Assembly (NCBI GenBank): GCA_018435605.1
Contig: JAHDNF010000012.1
Location: 72,895-136,894 of the forward strand
Direction of reading: 5' to 3'
From: a bacterium
GTDB lineage: Bacteria > Auribacterota > Auribacteria > Auribacterales > Auribacteraceae
DNA: 64,000 bases
Made by a program: the position numbers and the translations under genes. A model generated the notes under the pieces. The model was not told the origin of the DNA, did no database searches, and worked only from the letters and a program-made list of their open reading frames with translations. This document shows, in pieces, positions 9,001-14,500 of this stretch (positions are counted from its first letter, which is position 1; each line of letters opens with the position of its first letter).

Positions 9001-11287
9001 AATGCATGATATATTGCCTGATGACCGCAAAGATATGGCCAAACAGGTAGTCGAAGGAAGTTTATGGTTGGGTGTAAAACTGGTTAACCAACAGCTTGAC
9101 GATGTCAATAAACGTCTTGAGAAAAGACCGGAAGATAAAAAATTATTGCAACGTAAAGCACAACTCGAACAAGGGCTTGCCGTTTACCTAAAACATCTTG
9201 ATGGACGATGGGCGGATCCGTTGGCAGTCGATCATTCCGCGATAGCTATGAGCAACTACGATCAATCGCGTCAGACTGTAGATTATGTGCGCGTATTCGG
9301 TAATCCTGATGTTCTGACTTTGGAAGACAAAGCCATAGATGCCATGAGAACCGATCCTGCATTGCTCGATCAAATAAAAGCTATTTTGGGCGATATGGAT
9401 TTGGCGCGATTTCCGGAGCAGAAACAGCGTTTTGATGCGGCATACGGTCCTCAAGGAACACCTCAGCAACAGGTTAAATTATTCTCCGATATCGCTAAAG
9501 AACGTCTAGCCTCGATTAGGGATATACTTAGAGCGAGGTATCGCGGAGTTGACAGCTTGACTTTTGTTATAGCGCTCGGTTCGGAACGACTTGCAGAACG
9601 CAATGTAGGAGGCGACAGACGAATTGTTATCAACGCTCATGCCTTGCGGTCGCCGGCATTGATGTTTTCGCAGGCGGAACATGAATTGTTCCATGAATTG
9701 CTCGAGCACGCTGTTTCAGAAACCATCGAATCGAGCAATACTAAAAATAAAGGGTTGATTACCGCTATATTTCAGCGCGATATAATTGCGGAAGGTGTTG
9801 CTGTAGAAGATGCTGAAGCGGAAGCGAGCAGGCGTGTGGATCATTTTTACGCTAAGTTTAAAGAGTTCATGACTGAAGATTTTATTATCAGCAAAGAGTT
9901 GGATCGTATAAATATGATGGCTCAATCGGTTCGCCAATCCATTATCGCAATATTGCGCGACCCAGCAAATCCCATAGATCAGGGAGCGCGATTCGCAGAT
10001 CTCATTGAACAGTCATATAATGTGAGTCCCGCTAAAAAACGGCAATTGGTACAGGATTATATTCTTCGCAATTATGACGCTATGGGGGTAGTCGGCAGTG
10101 TGTTATATAAAATGCGCCAGTTGCGAACTACAGTTGATGAATCCCGCCAGATAGGGTTGTCTATTACCCCTTCCATGTTGGATTTGCTAAATATTGTCGA
10201 CAACGGTAAAAAACCTGATTCAACCAACTTTGCCGGCGCTGTAGCGGTAGATGGAGAACATTATTTTGAGTCGGCAATACGTCCGTTTATGGTAAATGAC
10301 AGTTTTATAGTGGATGTTGATACTCAGGATAGTCTTACGGCGTATATTACCGAAGTTCCCGCAACGGATATCATACGGAGTGAACTGCACGATATATCCG
10401 CGATTGATTTCGATGTATTCGGCGAATCGAAAATAGCCGATTCCAATAGTCTGTTCTTGTCTGACGCATTGGGAAAATTACGCGAAAACGCCCAAGCAAA
10501 CGGGCGGTCGGCAAAAATATTGATATTCTCTTTGCGCAAAGATGCCGATGAAATCAGGGAATACCTTGATTTCCGCGGTGTCGATCTGGCTACAGTGGTA
10601 ATCGTAGACAGAAACGATATCATAACTATGGCAGGAACCAGCGTTCAGATAGACGATGCTTATATGGAAGTTTACACCGTTCTTGAAGCGGCGGCAAAGG
10701 CTAATGACTATACTGCACTCGATGATATTTATGGAAAAATAGACAATAACAATCCGAGCGCTCTTGCGTTCGGATCCAAATTGATAAATGTTTTGCTTAA
10801 AACATTAAATAAAGCGGCTAACATACCCGGCGTAGATGCTACGGATGTAAAGCTTGCAGTTAGCAAACAGGCACTTGTGAAAGTTGCTGTATCCAATAAT
10901 ATTCGGACAATTTCTTGGGATACTATCGGACAGGATACTCTTAGGGAAGGTGATTTGATTGAGGCCGGCATTGATAATCTGCTACTTCTTCAAGTTCTCG
11001 AACCGGGCAGTGAAGTTCCCGGATCTCTGGTAATTACCGCCGTGGCGCCTGACAAGGTAATCAACGGTATCAAGGTGCACGAGATATTCACCAAAGAACA
11101 AAACAGGCGCAATGAAGCGGGTATAACCGAACCGATAACTATTGAGTTTATGGTTGATGCGCTGGGCATAAACTTTCTTACCAAAGAAGATATAAAAGGT
11201 ATTGCGGTAAAAGCGCCCAAACGCGAAATTGACCGTGAGTTTTCCGAAAAATTGCGTAGACAGCAGTTGTTCGATCAGTCTGCTTAA
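5..11287 (+). CDS. Giant multidomain protein, >=3760 aa, probably 5'-partial: HExxH module, LbH, 2x phosphohexomutase, UDP-sugar pyrophosphorylase (UAP1/UDPGP-like), LbH, HExxH module, C-terminal domain shared with the next gene
   Basis: Uninterrupted 11.3-kb ORF. The frame is open to the window edge (codon 2-4 is ACA) and no RBS is visible. Motifs: HEIRH (665), SNIGAGT (~2027), ETDGIRG/TASHNP/DGDADR/YEAAGHG/RPSGT (2714-4350), the same set again (4559-6310), IAGGDGGRL/PDGTGG/KMEKFFPDIFP (6698-7585), ANYGG (8702), HELFH (9680). Confidence 0.93.
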   Translation: MFKIDKNSRSVVGYIENMTFVSEIPQDISKLPAEFEKLISTVMANAETRNVGLLHPILDGALRKVLPPDEVDRSMIEVGISYDEVDLVTFRVEPYAEGTPASIVSADPMRMSYSESPGAYGDLFSIVSTFTDQAQMDRIREDDNRLQLLTLFHRHAQEQIRQVIELLYDAYGLSQYPVELNIKLAPGPLADSFFSETEGYKLYLNAHAFRSAGLLFAQLEHEIRHAMVKQQAQSALESVMPSAEITPRMVDFITEMYVALKEIQRYDQFGLDAELGVATKKAIEAVDNPIDPQGEFYQITRLAGEQRRDALLELVARRFFVDADALPTPEVVTNAVAQLDIRLSAIGKLGDFSVFVNEKGQIVRLTEDDRQANLARAQNLIDNKAAYIPNPKTVLISPSAVIGHLAEINADSSILGDNITIGRKVSVGKGAKIISDGGIINIDEGVVIDDGVVIRAKVGETIAIGAGTRILKGALISGNTSIGEKALIDQSTLKNAAVANNTRIVGSDVWGQADNPVIIAQNAQILYSRLRSLDRSMAQTADLLEGGVPSSLSTILTAQKYVVDSSQTTIGSGTVVEKAEIINSQIGSKATVRENSRIVHSVIGDGSVARVNADIKLTYMGREVEVGSAVERCYFGDGAKSEHQGSRLEHLIMPNEYPVIDANGNLARILVPNTSNIGAGTIVQNNTGVPIIGYNLFTGINSKVVTSADNPTVIYPFTLTKDTTGGELFPFAYSQQVGKSIDAWMLDTYVGAVINHHKKTLSLAKKLGYPMHDFDQLFSGTMRLAVTKVQNKLDELRSEYDTANLPGKRSAETIQKDIDAYSVAFNTLSAHLESRSWELQNGQFVNGEFEWHPGDKWSTPALNAFMKMKNQELENFKNIYTVLQENLNVPDQYVPESFSGMAVMETDGIRGVATPDRLIDGSHVTPVMGYRLGLVAALYSAAQGKNEIYVGGDTRPSTDYLLKPVTDAARSLGLTVKHVPTAIDHTPGVQYKVMQDAQVGGGLVVTASHNPARDNGFKLLTETGSKIPEQWENIANRIVNAKDLAHEMAQVIEELGGTEKFQPYLDNLTQGRKGMLLDAQTSADEQYAQEVVDALKILIPAGAPATTFTIDTASGAGVRILQTLQNKLNQIPNFSIDLINTTGVINEDRGAEYVHKKLAKDIAAGKKLPAWLDSVRGQVIGTLDGDADRNLLLRLNDDNTLEVIDGDKFAALKAFVLQKYMKEAGLPDRFKVGAAQTVLANVGSASFFERMGIDVQETKVGDKYVRAAAEDWAYGNTEKGLPAHGVAVYYEAAGHGSIIFSQDFIDAVNVAQPSPAKDVLSGIIAIQNMAGGDGIRNLLLFMALMMRENLTFDQLNDPGNLYAEIPKVELEMKVKYKNNVTSVENLGKEVTGPEDLVVAIAQWKERLGDGYRIIIRPSGTSQKVRVQVDGPDTQLIQEAAYGLMQSIYDSPNIIGDPAEPLPKDKLAEIKANLQKEQQTKQIAQFRQDNLAQIEQTVRQNFKEDDRYKPIEVTGLAEVGTDGIRGKAVADPILDSKHITPTVAYRMGITSALHAWAQGMPVIHVAGDTRPSTPYLMDAFIAGAQQMGVQVRVDGVNRVSSTPQLQLFARQDVVTGAGGIITASHNPAPDNGIKLIDHQGGKISAQWEQITNEVVNSSDLPATIAGIISTFQTNGQIDRNKINVALDTLGKTGQVVIREDAAVAQIGNNPAYVERVTQTLKTLSKLVQEEYPQRRGEVFLIDSASGAGTAALQQIAQRFNEMYQAGETHYQMQIINTDGVINEEKGAEFVHKELGKEIAAGKPLPHWIQEHVGVEIGTVDGDADRNLYFKVNEAGELEVVDGDKFAALKAKVLDKYLKELGLDSQFQVGVAQTVLANLGSKGFFDRMGIQVQETAVGDKYVRAAALDWAVDHGVAVYYEAAGHGSIVFNDDFLNTLRQYQPQTSQQVRAKAILDSIVNLQNEAGGDGIMNLLLFKALMELENLSFDQLNSDQFLYRELPKTELELKVAHKENVTSIENLGKDLTGPRDVVDFVARTKAELRAELDARLARGELTEADLPVKEFRVIVRYSGTSPKVRVQVDGPVADLAQKSAYQIMQAIYDSEAVKGDPAERRPMDKYEEIVSAQKQKMLSELTLTMEDGARFVHGWDFLNENERVAILLDLSRNGFTADKLEKLMEVHAKGGEKAIEAPAQKATFEAPDMKDISEANIDERQRAIVLGASQDNVDRSALVVIAGGDGGRLLSNMGFTEEEKSAWSKPTIPVTAVAKKPPLQRIIETMAKVRADRQSEIPIVVVVGPKSRGPIETFLKNNDYFGIENIVVLEQGRYPVLRTIEQGQPPKLILTPDKTVEYNPDGTGGIVDVMATPVTVQGKPFTSVVDYLDSVGRDKVIFWGGDVPGLTSDLFYGILGVSKGVSGTEDVDVVGLAYASQNKGLGTMVMMNGQTVMVIENVDRSSYLGLEEADDTTDGKMGLPRNSGGYMMSLAAIKDVIQNFPVHLQAEKDINGFNPETGEQILKADKMEKFFPDIFPIVTQNPQRSVIIGVSDEKDMVPQKSIPQMHKASIELIQQDKQRLQQQYGVNIHETAVLDVSPLFEGNIGSNVFLGENAQLYVGRNVSIGSNVLIGKDTTVRGENIVLGRNVVLTNGSSVMVEGTGQLVIEDGTIVDGNVSIFVRDGERVVIGPKSQILNDTVISGVVTIGERAQLDTARISFAVLQNGVRVENSTLEGVSAALPVVLGNDVVVSGRSLLTNLLKAKEWSFLEAGDIRDDFTPVDDFVLRRYKVESHQTVIGDGTVIHDARIKNTKIGSNSVVGPGVAIEHSDIGNDVQVLKGANITVSKILDNAVIASEVSKSFLGVGFVTEGTRTYLSTIAPNEFILADEQGNLRVAQLPNPTVIGNGTVFANYGGKPLPDLSGSQKGTSVIYASSIRDNVVNLYDHPDVALVDLVNQPNVTVIYPFSKTNNEVWGTVLPFTIASSLSPLAHQIGAVLDSDPAMIVDMVRRMHDILPDDRKDMAKQVVEGSLWLGVKLVNQQLDDVNKRLEKRPEDKKLLQRKAQLEQGLAVYLKHLDGRWADPLAVDHSAIAMSNYDQSRQTVDYVRVFGNPDVLTLEDKAIDAMRTDPALLDQIKAILGDMDLARFPEQKQRFDAAYGPQGTPQQQVKLFSDIAKERLASIRDILRARYRGVDSLTFVIALGSERLAERNVGGDRRIVINAHALRSPALMFSQAEHELFHELLEHAVSETIESSNTKNKGLITAIFQRDIIAEGVAVEDAEAEASRRVDHFYAKFKEFMTEDFIISKELDRINMMAQSVRQSIIAILRDPANPIDQGARFADLIEQSYNVSPAKKRQLVQDYILRNYDAMGVVGSVLYKMRQLRTTVDESRQIGLSITPSMLDLLNIVDNGKKPDSTNFAGAVAVDGEHYFESAIRPFMVNDSFIVDVDTQDSLTAYITEVPATDIIRSELHDISAIDFDVFGESKIADSNSLFLSDALGKLRENAQANGRSAKILIFSLRKDADEIREYLDFRGVDLATVVIVDRNDIITMAGTSVQIDDAYMEVYTVLEAAAKANDYTALDDIYGKIDNNNPSALAFGSKLINVLLKTLNKAANIPGVDATDVKLAVSKQALVKVAVSNNIRTISWDTIGQDTLREGDLIEAGIDNLLLLQVLEPGSEVPGSLVITAVAPDKVINGIKVHEIFTKEQNRRNEAGITEPITIEFMVDALGINFLTKEDIKGIAVKAPKREIDREFSEKLRRQQLFDQSA

Positions 11288-11319
11288 TACGCGACAGTAT
11301 ATATACCCAGTTATGCTTG

Positions 11320-11359
11320 AACGACAGGATGGACGATTGTTTCCATCCTGTCGTTTTAT
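11320..11359 (+). terminator. Intrinsic terminator after the giant ORF1
   Basis: Perfect 14-bp inverted repeat aacgacaggatgga / tccatcctgtcgtt with an 8-nt loop, running into a short T tract about 30 nt after the stop codon. Confidence 0.8.
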
Positions 11360-11431
11360 GGGACATCGTTCTTCGGGTTTGAAATCAATGGTTTTATCTT
11401 GATTTCGAGCTGGATTAGTCTTGAATTTATG

Positions 11432-11440
11432 TGGTATAAT
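11432..11440 (+). promoter_or_regulatory. Extended -10 sigma70-type promoter for ORF2
   Basis: TGGTATAAT 64 nt upstream of the ATG; strong RBS aaggagg at ~11491-11497. Confidence 0.5.
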
Positions 11441-11503
11441 ATACTTAACATAATATAAAAAATTATCTCTTTAAAAACTATACCACCACAAGGAGGAAAT
11501 ACG

Positions 11504-14500
11504 ATGTTGAAACGTACGGAAAACCGAGGATTGCGAAAGTGTTTGAGCTTTCTACTGATCCATTTGCTACTCATAAGTCAACTGCCGTATCTGTACGCTA
11601 CGGTTCCTTCCAATGTGAGGTATAACGAACGATACGGACGTACGCGAGATTCTTACGACGGCGATAACGGAAAGATGATCATCCATATTCAGGATGCCCA
11701 TTGTATATACGAAGCGCAGAAAAACATTGTCGGTATTGTACGTGATTTATACAATAATCATAATGTGCGTCTTATTACTGTTGAAGGCGCGGACGCATAT
11801 TTCAATGCCGACGAATTGGCCGCGTTTCCAGTACAGTCTATCAAAGATGATGTAGCAGAATTTTTTTTAAAAAACGGTCGAATATCAGGTGCAGAGTATT
11901 TGTTAATACAGAATGACTTGCCTCTGGCATTGCGCGGGGCAGAGAACAGGGACTTATACATCGAAAACTATAACTCATTTTTGAATGCAATGCCCAAACC
12001 CGGCGATAAAGTTATGACGGCTATAGATATGCTGGATTCCGCCTTAGAAACATTGAAAATATTGATGCTCAACGATGATCTGCGTGAACTGGATGTTTTT
12101 CATCATATGCATTCCAATGGGCAGATTGAGTTTATAGACTACGCAAATTATCTGATCGGCAAGGCGGGTTCGGTTGACATATCTTTTGAAAATATGCCGA
12201 ATATACAGATATTGATGCAGTCGCAGGAACTGGAAGAATCAATAGATTTTGCTACCATTCATATCGAAGTCGGGGAATTAATTGATGCTGTCGCTGATAT
12301 AATCGACCGCGAGCAGTTGACAGAACTTCTGAATAAAAATTTGTTCTACAAGATAGGCAGAATTCCTCCTTATGTGTTTTTCAGTTTTTTACAGGAAATT
12401 TGTAACAAAAATAATATAGCTATTTCGGCTTACCCCAATCTAAATACCTACTGTGAGTATCTGGGATTATATGATTCGATCGACGATGTGGCAGTCGTTT
12501 CAGAATTGTATGACCTTGAATCTGATGTCATGGAAATGATGTTTGCCGATCCGATACAGAAAGAGCTTATTAGTGTTTCACAGGATATTTCATTGCTACG
12601 TAAGTTAATGTCACTGAAAGTATCTAAGCTGGAATTGAAACGTTTTCAGGCTGATACCGATAAGTTTACCGAACAACGTTTTCTGGCGTTCCTAAAGAAA
12701 ACCGTGCCTACTTATGATATCCCGTTCAATTTTGATTATGATTTTAGCGCCATAAGTTTGAAATTACCTATGATAGATAATTTTTATAAAGTTGCAGTAA
12801 AACGCAATGAAGCACTTATTGAGAATACCTTAGCTGAAATGGATCTTGAAGATTCGAATATTGCCGTTTTAATTACAGGCGGATTTCATACCCAAGGCAT
12901 AACGGATATTCTTAAAGACGAAGGCATTTCCTACAGAGTTATATCGCCGTCAATTACCGAACAGCCGGAAACAAGTTATTATCTGACACGCCTGACCGGT
13001 ATGCCGACAGACATTGAAGATAGATTGACAGCAAATAAATTGCAGATACCGCTCGTTCTTGCAGATCCTGCCATTATCCCTGATGTGGCGGCGGCAGAGA
13101 ATTTTAAAACGGCGTTCAAAACTCTTATGGAAGCGCATCCCGAAGCCGTTAATCTCGAACAAATTTTGGCAGGCAAGCCTACCGGATATACGCCTACAGT
13201 TACATTCACGGATGCGTTTATGATCGATAACATTCGTTATCTTTCTTTTAACATTGAAGGTCGCAAGATGTTTTTAGCCGTCGGCGCGAAAGATATGAAA
13301 ACAGTTGCAGGAGTACAACCTACAGTTATCGGAGAGTATGCATACGGTTTTATACAGGAAGACACATTTGTCGCGCAGGCGCAAAATCCGAATAGGCGTA
13401 TGATCGAAAAACAAACCGATCTTAGAATTACAATAGAGAATGCGCTGGCCAGAGGTGAGAAAGTCGACTTAACTGAATCGCAATTGGTATGGAATGAACA
13501 AAATAACGCCGATTTTCAAGATATGCTTGCTCGAGGATTTCTTGTAAAACAAGCTGAAGGGTCTTATTTGCCGTCGATCGGCTTTTTGCTGAATTCGAAT
13601 TTGTCTGCGCTGGTAGTTAAACCGCGGGTAGCGCAGATCGATTCTCTCGATGCCGCCAATAGAGAGTTTTTTGCGAGGCGCGGCATAAAACGTATTGAAG
13701 TTTTTTCAAACCAGACCGATTTGACCGCTCAAGATGTGCAGTTGCTACAGCAAGGTCTTTCCGATTTGATGTCCAATAAAAAGATCGAACTGACCAACGG
13801 CAAAGTAGTCCGTGCGGTGGTAGATGCCCAAACCGGATTTATGCAGATTTACAGTATGGCGCCACAGGGGCCGTTGCAGATCAGGCCGCAAATTGTCATC
13901 AATCAGCAGATATTTGATGCGATGCTTCCTCAAGCGGATCGTATACAGGTTACCTCAGCGTTGCAGTCGCAACGTCAAGGTTATATCAGTATAGACGCTA
14001 TGACACGTACAGTAACGCTTTATGAACTAAACCAGGAAGGTTTGCGTTCACCTGTAGGCCCTCCTACGGTTTTACCTCCGAATATTACATCTGCAGATGT
14101 GCTGGCGTCAGTACTTGAAATGAGAAAAAGGGCTGAAGAGGCAGGTATCGGATTGATCGGCTACGGTAACCCCGAAGCAGGCTACAGCATCGCTTTCGAG
14201 AACCTTAATGAACTTTTGGACGCAGTTGAAAACTCTCCGCAGGTAAAGGCATTTCTCAATGTGCACCGTCTATTGTCGGTAGTGCCGTCCTTGCAAGATA
14301 TAGATTTGACCGGTAAACAAGATTTTAATACGCTGATGGATTATCTTTACAGCCTTATGCCCGACCCGAAAACCTATGATGACCGGATCACCTGCGCGGC
14401 CGCGTCTGCCGCGTTACTGCACAATGTTGTCAAAATAGACGGCATCCCGATCAATTTTTTATATTTACAGCGTAAATGGTTGCTGGAAAGAATGTTGCCT

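Noticed and set aside
11288-11503. Read-through or frameshift fusing ORF1 and ORF2
   Set aside because: A terminator, a separate promoter and RBS, and a signal peptide on ORF2 all argue for separate genes, and both have complete homologous C-termini.
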